In this document: in pieces, positions 24,731 through 33,519 of the stretch
How the letters are laid out: each line of letters opens with the position of its first letter
How positions within the stretch are numbered: position 1 is the first letter of the stretch
Virus record (IMG/VR): IMGVR_UViG_3300033067_002491
Location: 1 to 35,100 of that record
From: a virus
Lineage: Duplodnaviria; Caudoviricetes
Length of the DNA stretch: 35,100 nucleotides
Direction: 5' to 3' (one strand)
Translations under genes and position numbers: made by a program
Notes under the pieces: generated by a model
Told to the model about the DNA's origin: nothing
What the model saw: only the letters and a program-made list of their open reading frames with translations
Databases searched by the model: none

Positions 24731-26850
24731 ACCCGCACCCCGCGGACGTTGGCGTTGAAGACGGCGGCGACGGCGCGGCGCTCGATCGAGCCGTTCAGGT
24801 TGCGGATGGTCTGCTCGAGGCGCGCAAGGCCGCCGGCGTCGGCGCCGCGGGCGTCGATGTAGTACGTGCCGCCGTTCGCGGCCTGCTGGCCGGGAGTGCG
24901 GATCGAGACCTCCTCGCCGGGCGTGGCGCGAAAGGCCACGAGCTGCGAGTCGGTGCCGCCGGCGCCGCCGACGGTGAAGCTGCCGCCGGTGGCGAAGCCC
25001 TGCAGGTCGAGCGCCTGGTTGAACTCGCGCGACGTGGTGACGTTGGGCCCCTTGCCGAAGAGGTTGGCAAAGAAGCCTCCGGCGGTGTCGGCGAGCGGCT
25101 TGGTGACGGTCTGGCGGATCAGGATGCGCTGCAGGTCCTGCCCGAGGGCCTTGAGGATGTCGCGCGCGCTGCCGCCCTTGACGAGGATGTCCTCGAGCGC
25201 GCTGGCGGCGGTGTACCCCATGTCGCGGAAGGCCTGCGCGGAGTCGTTCGCGGCGATCGTCAGGCGCTGCTGCTCGGTGACGGTGCTGGTGAGCCGCTCG
25301 ACGGCGCGGCGGCTCTGCTCGCGGCCCTCCTCGAGCGTGATGAAACCCTCCTTCTTCAGGAGGTCGATCCGCTCCAGTTCACGGAAGAGCGCGCGCGTGG
25401 GGTCGAGCTGGTCGCGGATGGCGTCGGCCTCGGCGCCAAGCTGTCGTACGCGCTCGGCCGCGCGGCGGGCGGATTCTTCTTCGTACTTCTTCTGCTCCTC
25501 GCGAATGGACGCGAGGTCCTTTTCCTGCGCCACCTGGGCGGCGGCCTGCAGTACGCGCTTTTTCTGTTCCTCGGTCAGGCCCTCGCGCAGCTTCTTGTCT
25601 TCCTTGAGCAGCGTCGCGATCTCGACGTAGAAGTTCTTCTCGCTCTCCAGACCCGCCTTTTCGGCGGCGATGCGCTTCATGATGTCGGCGAAGGGGTCTG
25701 CCGCGTCGCCGGAGGGCTTGCCGGCCGCGCCCTTGAAGTCGAGATTGAGCTTGCTGCGCTCGATGCGTCCTTGGGTGTCGGGCTCCTGGAAGTTCGTGAA
25801 GTCCTGCAGGCCCGGCCGTACGTCGAGCCCCTTGCCGGCCTTGAAGTCCTGGTCGGCACGCTTCTGGGCGAGCGCCAGGCGCTTCTCGAGGTCGCGGATC
25901 CTGGGATTGAGCGCGGCGACCTGCCCGAGGTTGCCTTCGCCGCGGAGCTTCTCCTGCGTGGCGCGCAGCTTCTCCAGCTCCTCGGTGAAGGCCTTGACGT
26001 TGGTGGCGCCGTCCTGCAGCCCGGAGGTCCCCTGATAAAGGCGGACGATCTCTCGGATGCCGCCGATCAACGGGCTGCCAGAGAAGAGGTCGATTCCGCG
26101 CAGGTCCAGCGCGCCGCGCAGGCCACCGGCGAGCCTGATGCCCTCGCGGATCTGCTCGAGGAAGTCGGCCATCGGCGGAATCAGCTGGGTGGCGATCTCG
26201 GACTTGCTGGCCGACAGCGCGCCGGAGAGGCGCTTCCACTCCTTCTCGAGCCGCTCCGCCTGGGCGGCCTGCTCGGCGGTGACCTTGCCCTGCAGATCGC
26301 CGAACTCGGCGATGTCCTTGAGTACCGGAAGGAGGTTCGCGCCTTCCTTGCCGAGCAGGGCCTGGGCGACGCGGACCTTGTCGGCGCCGTCTTCGTACTT
26401 GCCGAGCGCGCGCGCGATCGCCTCGAAGGCTTCGCCGGGCTTGAGTGCGCGCAGGTCGTTGACCGAGAGCCCGATGGCCTTCACGGCGCCTTCGGCGGCC
26501 TTGCCTTCCTCGCCGGAGTCGCCGAGGCTCTTGGCGAGCCTGGCGAGCGCGGGCTGCAGTTCGCCGATCGACGCGCCGGACAGCTTGGCCACGCGCGCGA
26601 GGCCGTCGAGCTGGCGGACGTTGTCGCCGGTGATGTCGGCGAGGTCGTCGAGCTCGCCGCGGTACTTGACGATGCCGGCGAAGGCGGCGGAGATGCCGGC
26701 GAAGGACGTGGTCAGGCCGATCGCGCCGAGGGCACCCTTCAGGCCGACGGCCGCGGCGGACACGGAGTCCATCTGCCGCTTGACCGCGTCGAACGCGACC
26801 TGGGTGCGGTTCTCGGCGGTGATGATCAGCTTGGCCTGGCTCTCCGCCAT
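24727..26850 (-). CDS. Tail tape measure protein (707 aa)
   Basis: Start re-picked (MAESQAKLIITAENRT). Long helical Ala-rich protein with FATGGSFTVGGAGGTDSQLVAFRATPGEEV C-terminus. Confidence 0.93.
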   Translation of the reverse strand: MAESQAKLIITAENRTQVAFDAVKRQMDSVSAAAVGLKGALGAIGLTTSFAGISAAFAGIVKYRGELDDLADITGDNVRQLDGLARVAKLSGASIGELQPALARLAKSLGDSGEEGKAAEGAVKAIGLSVNDLRALKPGEAFEAIARALGKYEDGADKVRVAQALLGKEGANLLPVLKDIAEFGDLQGKVTAEQAAQAERLEKEWKRLSGALSASKSEIATQLIPPMADFLEQIREGIRLAGGLRGALDLRGIDLFSGSPLIGGIREIVRLYQGTSGLQDGATNVKAFTEELEKLRATQEKLRGEGNLGQVAALNPRIRDLEKRLALAQKRADQDFKAGKGLDVRPGLQDFTNFQEPDTQGRIERSKLNLDFKGAAGKPSGDAADPFADIMKRIAAEKAGLESEKNFYVEIATLLKEDKKLREGLTEEQKKRVLQAAAQVAQEKDLASIREEQKKYEEESARRAAERVRQLGAEADAIRDQLDPTRALFRELERIDLLKKEGFITLEEGREQSRRAVERLTSTVTEQQRLTIAANDSAQAFRDMGYTAASALEDILVKGGSARDILKALGQDLQRILIRQTVTKPLADTAGGFFANLFGKGPNVTTSREFNQALDLQGFATGGSFTVGGAGGTDSQLVAFRATPGEEVSIRTPGQQAANGGTYYIDARGADAGGLARLEQTIRNLNGSIERRAVAAVFNANVRGVRV

Positions 26851-26851
26851 C

Positions 26852-27403
26852 TCAGCCTCCGGTGCGGTACCGCAGTTCGCGGCGCAGCTCGATCCCGAAG
26901 CGCTCGAGCGCAACGCGCTCGACGGCCTCGCGAATCTGCTTCTGGGTGAACATCGAGGGCAGCGACAAGGAGAAGAGCTCCTTGATCGGCAGCCGGCGCT
27001 TGCCCTTGCGCTCGAATACGCCCCGGTGACCGGTGCGCATGGTGGCGATGAAGGCGCCGGCCCGGAGCTTGCGGGCGCCGCGCTTTACCTGCACGGTGAC
27101 GCCGGCGCGCACCTGCCGGGCGGCGAACTCGACGAGCGGGATCGGGCGCCCGGAGACGACGATCTCGGCGACGAGCCGGTTGCGATTCGCGCGCTCGATG
27201 CGCATCTGGTCGCGCGCCGTGCCGACCTTGATGTTGTACGCGGCCCGGATGCGCCGCGCCGCCTCGGCGCGCGTGGAGGTGGCCGCGCGGTTCAGGGCGC
27301 GCACGGTGGCGAGGTCGACCTCGCGCTTGGACTCGACCGCGAGCCGCGCGACGGCGCGATCGAGGTCGCTGCGCACGTCGATGCTAAGGGTCGGTGCGGC
27401 CAT
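26852..27403 (-). CDS. Minor tail protein Z-like (183 aa)
   Basis: RALNRAA, AFIATMRTGHRGVFERKGKRRLPIKEL. Confidence 0.85.
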   Translation of the reverse strand: MAAPTLSIDVRSDLDRAVARLAVESKREVDLATVRALNRAATSTRAEAARRIRAAYNIKVGTARDQMRIERANRNRLVAEIVVSGRPIPLVEFAARQVRAGVTVQVKRGARKLRAGAFIATMRTGHRGVFERKGKRRLPIKELFSLSLPSMFTQKQIREAVERVALERFGIELRRELRYRTGG

Positions 27404-27686
27404 GGGACGCCTCCCGCGCCTCGCGCTGCGCGTCTTGCCAGGTGTCGACGCGGTCGCGGATCGCCGCGAGCAGCGCGGTGAGCTGGTCGACGTCGGCGAT
27501 GTCGAGGTACTCGGCCGCGTACGCGATGCGCTCGGGCTTCCACCCGCCGCAGAAGCCCCACGCCCGCAGCACGAGCTCGGCCTCGGGGGCGAGGCCTGGC
27601 GCCGGACCGGAGGCCGGGCCGAACTTGACGCGCGCGCCGCCGGCCCTGCGGTTGAGGTCCCACTCGACGCGCGCGATCAGTTTTTT
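27384..27686 (-). CDS. Tail assembly chaperone GT extension (-1 frame)
   Basis: Frame KKLIARVEWDL...WGFCGGW...AEYLDIADVDQLTALLAAIRD begins at the slippery site and has no own start. Confidence 0.8.
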   Translation of the reverse strand, partial: KKLIARVEWDLNRRAGGARVKFGPASGPAPGLAPEAELVLRAWGFCGGWKPERIAYAAEYLDIADVDQLTALLAAIRDRVDTWQDAQREAREASHGRTDP

Positions 27687-28054
27687 CGGACCGCCTCCAG
27701 GGCTTCGCGGCGGCGGTGCAGCTCGATGCCGATCGCGGTGGCGAGCGCGTCGGCGAGGTCCTGCCGCTCGTCGAGCAGGAGCGCCCGCGCCTCGGCGCTG
27801 AACGGCAGCGGATCGGCGGGCGCATCGGGCATCACCGCGGACCAGGTGACGCCTTCCCAGCCGACCAGCGCGACGTCGAGCACGCTGCGCATGGCGCGCG
27901 CGTGCTCGAGCATGCCGCCTTCGCGCACGTGCCGCTCGATCGCGAGGCGCCACGCGTGCGGCGTGGGCATCCGCAGGCGGAAGGTGAACCCGCCCGCGGC
28001 GCACTCGAACGCGCGCGCCCCGTCGAGCTTCGCCTTGAAGCTGGCGATGTCCAT
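27677..28054 (-). CDS. Tail assembly chaperone G (125 aa)
   Basis: After the tail tube gene. LVGWEGVT motif. Ends CGA AAA AAC TGA. Confidence 0.85.
   Translation of the reverse strand: MDIASFKAKLDGARAFECAAGGFTFRLRMPTPHAWRLAIERHVREGGMLEHARAMRSVLDVALVGWEGVTWSAVMPDAPADPLPFSAEARALLLDERQDLADALATAIGIELHRRREALEAVRKN
27680..27686 (-). other. Programmed -1 frameshift slippery heptamer A AAA AAC
   Basis: X XXY YYZ pattern immediately before the G stop, joining to an open -1 frame. Confidence 0.85.
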
Positions 28055-28704
28055 CAGGTCGCGTACGTCGTCGGACGGCCGAACATGGTGATCTGGATCG
28101 GCGTGGTGACCTTGTCCTGCGCCGAGCCGACCGGCATGCCGGTGAAGCCGATGTAGCCGGTGAAGACGACTTTCTGGCCGTTGGCGAAGGTCAGCTTGAT
28201 CGCGCGCTTGGCCTTGTTGTCGCTCGCGGCCTTGAGGGCCGCGAAGCCGGCGTCGGCGACGTCCCAGATGCAGGAGCCGGAGAAGACGATCGGCGACGCG
28301 GCGCCGGGCATCTGCTTCTTGACGTTGTCGTGGATGGTGGTGATGTCGATCTGGTCGAAGTCGCCGCCGGAGACCTGCAGGTCGGTGACGATCGCCAGCG
28401 TGGTGCCGAAGGTGATGACCTGCGCGTTGCCGGAGCTGAAGGTGTCGTACGCGGAGGTGTCTTCGTCCTCGAGCTCGAAGGTGTTGCCGGCGCCGTTGAC
28501 GTTGGCGGCGCGGATGACGCGCTCGTCGAGCTGGTGCATGCCGAGGACGCTCGAGAGGTAGATGTAGTCGCCGTTCGAGGGGTCGGTGCCGGTGTAGGTG
28601 ACGACGCCGGGGTCGGCCTTGGTGATGCCGCTGATCGGCAGCGCGGAGGCGAGGGCCGACTGCACGGCGACGCCGACGCCGGACCAGAGGGATACGTTTG
28701 CCAT
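28054..28704 (-). CDS. Major tail tube protein (216 aa)
   Basis: ISGITKADPGVVT, SGGDFDQIDITTIHD, AIKLTFANG. GAAGGAG RBS-like sequence. Confidence 0.9.
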   Translation of the reverse strand: MANVSLWSGVGVAVQSALASALPISGITKADPGVVTYTGTDPSNGDYIYLSSVLGMHQLDERVIRAANVNGAGNTFELEDEDTSAYDTFSSGNAQVITFGTTLAIVTDLQVSGGDFDQIDITTIHDNVKKQMPGAASPIVFSGSCIWDVADAGFAALKAASDNKAKRAIKLTFANGQKVVFTGYIGFTGMPVGSAQDKVTTPIQITMFGRPTTYAT

Positions 28705-28719
28705 GGAGGGTTCTCCTTC

Positions 28720-29166
28720 TCAGGTGAGTGAATCCGGCGCGCTGGCCGTGTTGTGGATGGTGGCGGTGAAGCGGAGGTCGATCGCGCCGAAGGGGCGGTC
28801 GCCGGCCTCCCATTCGATGTCGCAGCCCGCGTAGCGCAGCGGGACGGTCCTGGAGCCGACGACGACGCCGGAAGCGAGCGCGGTCTCGACTTCCTTGGCG
28901 ATGGTGTCGAGCGTGTCTTCGACGGCGCTGGCCGCGGCGGCGAGGCCGCGCACGTGCACGCTGAGCACGCGCTCGCGGGTGCCGCCGGCGTGAATGGTGA
29001 TGTCTTCGCCGTCCTCGCGGTCGATGTACACGCTGAGCGCCGGCAGGTCGGCGGAGCCTTCGAGCGCGTACACGCGGTAGCCGTGCACGCGGCTGCCGGT
29101 GGTGGCGAGGCCGGTGACGGCGGTGGCGACGGCGTCGCGGACCTGCTTGCGGACGTGGTTGGCCAT
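28720..29166 (-). CDS. Tail terminator/completion protein (148 aa)
   Basis: HVRKQVRDAV, LPALSVY, LDTIAKEVETAL. Precedes the tail tube gene. Confidence 0.8.
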   Translation of the reverse strand: MANHVRKQVRDAVATAVTGLATTGSRVHGYRVYALEGSADLPALSVYIDREDGEDITIHAGGTRERVLSVHVRGLAAAASAVEDTLDTIAKEVETALASGVVVGSRTVPLRYAGCDIEWEAGDRPFGAIDLRFTATIHNTASAPDSLT

Positions 29167-29447
29167 CAGGGCGCCTGCAGGACGAGCCGCACGAGCGCGC
29201 CGTCGTCGACGAGGTGGCGCTCGCGGATGGTGTACGCGGTGCCGGCGATCGTGAGGGTCTGGTTGACCACGCTCGCCGCGAAGTCGCTGGCCTTGCCGGT
29301 CGCGACGGGGCCGCTGGTGACGACGGCCTCGAAGGCCTCGATCGCCTCGCGGTCGAGGATGACGTTCGCCGTGGCGCCGCCCTGCAGCGTGGCGACGAGC
29401 GCGTGCTCGTCGTCGCTCAGGAAGGCGTCGAGGTCTTCGGCGAACAT
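29166..29447 (-). CDS. Head-tail joining protein (FII-like, 93 aa)
   Basis: MFAEDLDAFL...LTIAGTAYTIRE...DDGALVRLVL. Confidence 0.8.
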   Translation of the reverse strand: MFAEDLDAFLSDDEHALVATLQGGATANVILDREAIEAFEAVVTSGPVATGKASDFAASVVNQTLTIAGTAYTIRERHLVDDGALVRLVLQAP

Positions 29448-29456
29448 GGGCGGCGC

Positions 29457-29819
29457 TTACTTGCCCGCGAGCTCGGCGCGCAGGCGCGCGTCCTGCTCGG
29501 CGAGGGCCTTGGCGAGGCGCTCCTCGAACTCGGCCTGCAGCAGCGCGCGCACCTCGGCGCGGATGCGGTCTTCGGCCTCGAGCTTGGCGAGGGCCTCGGC
29601 GTCGGGGTCGTGCAGGCGGCCGAGCTTGTCGACCTCGCCGCTGTAGAGGAACTCCTCGCCGGCCTTGAACTGGATGGGGGCGCGGACGTTGTACTCGCTG
29701 CGCTCCTTGCCCTTCTTGAGCAGCTCGAGGTTGTGGGCGCGGGGCTTGGCCTGCGCTTCGGTGAGCGCGACGACGCCGGATCCGACGGTGACGACCTGCT
29801 GGGCGACGATCTTCTTCAT
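29457..29819 (-). CDS. Hypothetical head-associated protein (120 aa)
   Basis: GGAGG RBS. Between capsid and head-tail joining genes. PIQFKAGE motif plus coiled coil. Confidence 0.75.
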   Translation of the reverse strand: MKKIVAQQVVTVGSGVVALTEAQAKPRAHNLELLKKGKERSEYNVRAPIQFKAGEEFLYSGEVDKLGRLHDPDAEALAKLEAEDRIRAEVRALLQAEFEERLAKALAEQDARLRAELAGK

Positions 29820-29871
29820 GGTTCCTCCGGGGCTGGGGTCCTTTTTCCGGGCGTCGCGGCGCGGCGCCGGG

Positions 29872-29901
29872 AAAAAGAACGGGCCCCCGCAGGGGCCCGC
29901 T
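29872..29901 (-). terminator. Terminator/attenuator after the major capsid gene
   Basis: Minus strand AGCGGGCCCC-TGC-GGGGGCCCGTT-CTTTTT. Confidence 0.7.
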
Positions 29902-29922
29902 CGGAAAGGCGGCCGTAACCGC

Positions 29923-30873
29923 TCAGATCATCGTGACGTAGCAGGCGCGCTGCCAGTAGCCGTAGCCGACGCCGCGCCACGCGTCGATGCCGAACTGCCA
30001 GGCATCGTTGTCGAACTCGTACTCGGAGCCCTCGGCCTTGGACTTCATCTCGACTTCCTGCTCGGTCTGGCGGATGAACGCCTTGATCGGGCTGTCGGTG
30101 CGGAAGATCGAGAAGGAGTCGGTCCAGGTGAGGCGCGCGTTCATCTGCACGTCGACGTTCAGCCCCGCGATGAGGTTGGGGTTGAGGTTCTGCGCGAGCG
30201 CCGCCGTGGTGAGCCCGCTCACCGCCGCGACGGCGACCAGGTACAGGCTCACCGGCACGACGACGACGAAGCGCTTGGCGTTCTCGTTCATCGGCTCGCC
30301 CCGGTCGTCCTTGAACGACAGGATCTGCGCGATGCCCGCGAGGATCGACTGCTGCATCTCTTCCATGCTCGGCGCCGTGACGGAGCCGTGCACGGCGGCG
30401 GGCAGCGCCGAGATGTCGACGGTGATGTCGTTCGACTGCGAGCCGCTCGAGCCTTCGGAGTGGTCGGTGTCGAAGAAGTACTGGCCGTCGTAGCAGGCGG
30501 TGCTCGGCGCGTTGAGGAGCAGCGTCGAGAGCAGGCTCGCCCAGTGGGTCTGGGCGCGGTCGGCGAACTCCTGCATGCGGGCGCTGATCTGCCCGGTCTT
30601 GTCGCGGCGCGCGTCCTTCTTGCGGATCTCGATCGTCGCCTCGTAGTGCGAGTTGACGATCGTGATGCCCTGGCCGCTGAAGCCCTTGGCCTGGCGGCCG
30701 CCGATCCACAGGCGCATCGCCGGCGACTGGCCGAGGAAGTTGTACGTCTCGCTCTCCTGGTCGCTGCCGAAGAGGTTGGAGACGCCGTCGATCCACGCCA
30801 TGCCGGGGTCGGCCTCGAGGCGGGCGTAGTACATGCCGCGGATGGCGCGGCTGGTGAGGAGGTTCTGGTCCAT
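29923..30873 (-). CDS. Major capsid protein, Mu gpT-like family (316 aa)
   Basis: YNFLGQSPAMRLWIGGR, NSHYEATIEI, CYDGQYFFDTDH, FGIDAWRGVGYGYWQRA. Confidence 0.92.
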   Translation of the reverse strand: MDQNLLTSRAIRGMYYARLEADPGMAWIDGVSNLFGSDQESETYNFLGQSPAMRLWIGGRQAKGFSGQGITIVNSHYEATIEIRKKDARRDKTGQISARMQEFADRAQTHWASLLSTLLLNAPSTACYDGQYFFDTDHSEGSSGSQSNDITVDISALPAAVHGSVTAPSMEEMQQSILAGIAQILSFKDDRGEPMNENAKRFVVVVPVSLYLVAVAAVSGLTTAALAQNLNPNLIAGLNVDVQMNARLTWTDSFSIFRTDSPIKAFIRQTEQEVEMKSKAEGSEYEFDNDAWQFGIDAWRGVGYGYWQRACYVTMI

Positions 30874-30909
30874 TGTCGTGTTCCTTTCTTGTCTGAGGGG
30901 TTCGGACCG

Positions 30910-31680
30910 TTACGCCTGGCGGGCCCAGGTGCCGCGCATTTCCTGCACCGAGTAGCCGTCGGCGTCGTTGCCGCCGAGGACCACGTAGTCGCCGCGCTTC
31001 GCGGTGGCCTTGGTGTTGATCAGGTCCTTGTCGTCCGCGCCGGTGATGTCCGGGCCGAGGATCATGTCCGCGGCGTTCGGGCTGATCGTCACCGCGATCG
31101 TGCCGAACGCGCCGATGTTGACGATCTTGACGCCGTCCAGGCCCGTCGCGATCGCCGGCAGGGTGAGCGTGAAGGCGTCGGTGTCGACGAAGATCGTCTT
31201 GCCGCTGTCCTCGGCGTCGAGCGTGTAGTTCGCGCTCTTCACCTCGCGCACGCTGCGCTCGCCGTACGGGTCGCGCAGCACGCCGGCGTTGAACTCGACG
31301 ACGACGACGCCCGAGGAGACGTAGCGCTTCACGAAGCCGACGAACACCGAGCTCACCGGCAGGAAGGTGAAGGTGTCGTCGTCGGTCGCGTACACGGGCT
31401 GGCCGACGTCGGTGATGACGGCGCCGGAGACGGAGAGCTGCACCTGGCCGCTTTTCACGAGGTCGACGTTGATCGCGGCGGCCGCGCCGGCGGAGTTGTC
31501 CGCCTTGGCCTCGGCGAAGCCGACGAACACGTCGCCCGCGGCGAGCGGGCGGGCGTGGCCGGTGCCGACGACCATGCCGACGGCGGCGCCTTCGTAGATG
31601 ATGTCGGAGGCGATCACCGGCAGCTGGTTGCGCGTGCCGATCTCGTACGCGCGGGGGCTGTTGGCAGCGAGAGTGGTCAT
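30910..31680 (-). CDS. Capsid decoration/cement-like protein with C-terminal extension (256 aa)
   Basis: IIYEGAAVG, FVGFAEAKADN, DVGQPVYATDDDTF. Between protease and capsid. Extra SANYTL...LTLPA domain. Confidence 0.8.
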   Translation of the reverse strand: MTTLAANSPRAYEIGTRNQLPVIASDIIYEGAAVGMVVGTGHARPLAAGDVFVGFAEAKADNSAGAAAAINVDLVKSGQVQLSVSGAVITDVGQPVYATDDDTFTFLPVSSVFVGFVKRYVSSGVVVVEFNAGVLRDPYGERSVREVKSANYTLDAEDSGKTIFVDTDAFTLTLPAIATGLDGVKIVNIGAFGTIAVTISPNAADMILGPDITGADDKDLINTKATAKRGDYVVLGGNDADGYSVQEMRGTWARQA

Positions 31681-31717
31681 GTTGTTGTCCTTTGCTGGAT
31701 GGGGTCAGGGCCGCCGG

Positions 31718-32209
31718 TCAGGCGGCCTTCTTGCCGAGGACCTTGTCGCGGCCCGTGGTCTCGGCCTTGCGGATCGCGAAGTACTCCTCGAACCGGTTGC
31801 CGAATTCGGCGCGCACGGAGGCGTCCTTGTCCCACTCGGCGCGGGCTTCGGCCTCGGTGATGGGGCCGGTGATGGCCGGCGCGGGCTTGTCCTCGCCGGT
31901 CTTGCCGGCGGCGCCGGTGGCGGCGACGCTGGGCGCGGCAGCCGCGACGGCGGCGGCGTCGGCCTGCAGGTCGTTCGCCTTGGCGCCGAGCTTGGCGCGC
32001 TCGGCGGCGAGGATCTGCGCGGCGGCTTCGCCGGCGGTGGTCTTGCCGTCGAACTTCAGCTTGGCGATCAGGTCGCCGTGGCCGGGGAGGGCCTGGGCCT
32101 CGACGTCCTTGATGCGCTGGCGTTCGGTTTCGGCGCCCTGCGAGCGGCCCTCGGCGAGGATCGCCTCGAACAGCTCGGGATGCGCCGCTTTCAGTTGTTC
32201 GCGGTTCAT
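31718..32209 (-). CDS. Internal in-frame scaffold protein (Nu3-like, 163 aa)
   Basis: ACAGGAGCAACG-ATG inside the protease gene after a low-complexity linker. MNREQLKAAHPELF...ERQRI. Confidence 0.7.
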   Translation of the reverse strand: MNREQLKAAHPELFEAILAEGRSQGAETERQRIKDVEAQALPGHGDLIAKLKFDGKTTAGEAAAQILAAERAKLGAKANDLQADAAAVAAAAPSVAATGAAGKTGEDKPAPAITGPITEAEARAEWDKDASVRAEFGNRFEEYFAIRKAETTGRDKVLGKKAA

Positions 32210-33247
32210 CGTTGCTCCTGTCTGGTTGGGTTGGGATTCGCTCGACGCTCCGGCCGCCGGGGCACCGCCCGCATCGACCTCGCCGTCCGCCGCCGCAGGA
32301 GCACCGCCCGCCTTGGCGTCATGGGTGCCGGCCATCGGATCGGCCCCCGCCGGGACACCGCCCGAGGAGACCTGCACCAGGGCCTGCTTTCGGGTCGGCT
32401 TGCGCCGGGGCATCGCGCCCGAGCGCAGGTCGGCGATGAGGTCGTCGAGCGTGGAAACACCGTCCACGAGCCCGGCCTCGATCGCCTGCCTGCCGACGAA
32501 GACGCGCCCGTCCGCCATGTCGGACAGGACGCGATCGACCGCGACGCCGCGGTAGGCCGCGACGTCGTTGACGAATACGGAATAGAGGTAGTCGACGAAC
32601 TGCTGCATGTGGGCACGGCCCTCCTTGTCGAGGGGCCGGTACTCGCTCGCCACGCGCTTGAACTTCCCGGCGACGATCTCGGTGGTGCGCACGCCCATCT
32701 GCTCCTCGGCCTTAGAGCGATCGACGTGCGTGGCGACCACGCCGATCGAGCCGACGAAGACGTTGTCGCCGGAGATTACGACGCGGTCGGAGGCGGCGCC
32801 GATCCAGTACGCGGCGCTCGCCATCTGGCCGGTGGAGAAGGTCGCCACGGGCTTCTCGGCGCGGGCGCGGTCGACGAGGTCGGCGAGCTCCTGGGTGCCG
32901 TGCACGGTGCCGCCCGGGGAGTTGACCTCGAGCACGATGGCGCTGACCTGCGGGTCGGCGAGCGCGCCGCGGATGTCGCGCTCGACGAGCTGCGCGCTCG
33001 CCCCGCCGCTGATGCGCGTGAAGAGGTTGGCGCGCTGCGCGATGACGCCGTCGACCGGCACGATGGCGACGCCATCGCGCACCTCGTAGCCCTGCTGCTC
33101 GCGCGCGAGCGGCTTGCCCAGGCGCGCCTCGACGCCGGCGATGTCGATCTTCTCGCCGCGCACGTGCGCCTCGTACACCGCGCGGATCTCGATCAGCTTG
33201 TCCGGCGTGATGGCCCAGGGGGCGGTGAGGATGTCGATGAGCTGCAT
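31718..33247 (-). CDS. Head maturation protease, S49 family, fused to a scaffold region (509 aa)
   Basis: Start re-picked (MQLIDIL, AAAGGA RBS). VNSPGG, MASAAYWIG, VGSIGV, GRVFVGRQAIEAGLVD. Confidence 0.93.
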   Translation of the reverse strand: MQLIDILTAPWAITPDKLIEIRAVYEAHVRGEKIDIAGVEARLGKPLAREQQGYEVRDGVAIVPVDGVIAQRANLFTRISGGASAQLVERDIRGALADPQVSAIVLEVNSPGGTVHGTQELADLVDRARAEKPVATFSTGQMASAAYWIGAASDRVVISGDNVFVGSIGVVATHVDRSKAEEQMGVRTTEIVAGKFKRVASEYRPLDKEGRAHMQQFVDYLYSVFVNDVAAYRGVAVDRVLSDMADGRVFVGRQAIEAGLVDGVSTLDDLIADLRSGAMPRRKPTRKQALVQVSSGGVPAGADPMAGTHDAKAGGAPAAADGEVDAGGAPAAGASSESQPNQTGATMNREQLKAAHPELFEAILAEGRSQGAETERQRIKDVEAQALPGHGDLIAKLKFDGKTTAGEAAAQILAAERAKLGAKANDLQADAAAVAAAAPSVAATGAAGKTGEDKPAPAITGPITEAEARAEWDKDASVRAEFGNRFEEYFAIRKAETTGRDKVLGKKAA

Positions 33248-33264
33248 GTTCTGGGGTCCTTTCT

Positions 33265-33519
33265 TCAATGCAATCGCCGCAGGAACTCTTCCTCGCGTAC
33301 ACGGCGGGCGCGTACGGCCAGCGGACCGTCGAGGCGGCCGGCAAGATCTCCGGATCCGCCGATGCGCGCCTGCAGCCACGCGATGCGCGCCGCGGGAAGC
33401 GGCCGCAGCCTGAATCCGGCCGCCAGCGGCGCCACGGGCACCACGACCGGCGGGGCCGGAGGCGCGTAGCCGAACCAGCGCCCGGCGCTATGCCCGGCCC
33501 ACTGCCCCTGCCAGCTCAC
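33265..33519 (-). CDS. Small hypothetical virion-region protein (84 aa)
   Basis: GTGA overlap. SWQGQWAGHSAGRWFG then a Pro-rich stretch. Confidence 0.55.
   Translation of the reverse strand: MSWQGQWAGHSAGRWFGYAPPAPPVVVPVAPLAAGFRLRPLPAARIAWLQARIGGSGDLAGRLDGPLAVRARRVREEEFLRRLH

Noticed and set aside
29923-30873. Mu-like transposable phage, suggested by the gpT-type capsid
   Set aside because: No transposase A/B, Mor or gam. The genome has a serine integrase, attP, primase-based replication and a siphovirus tail.
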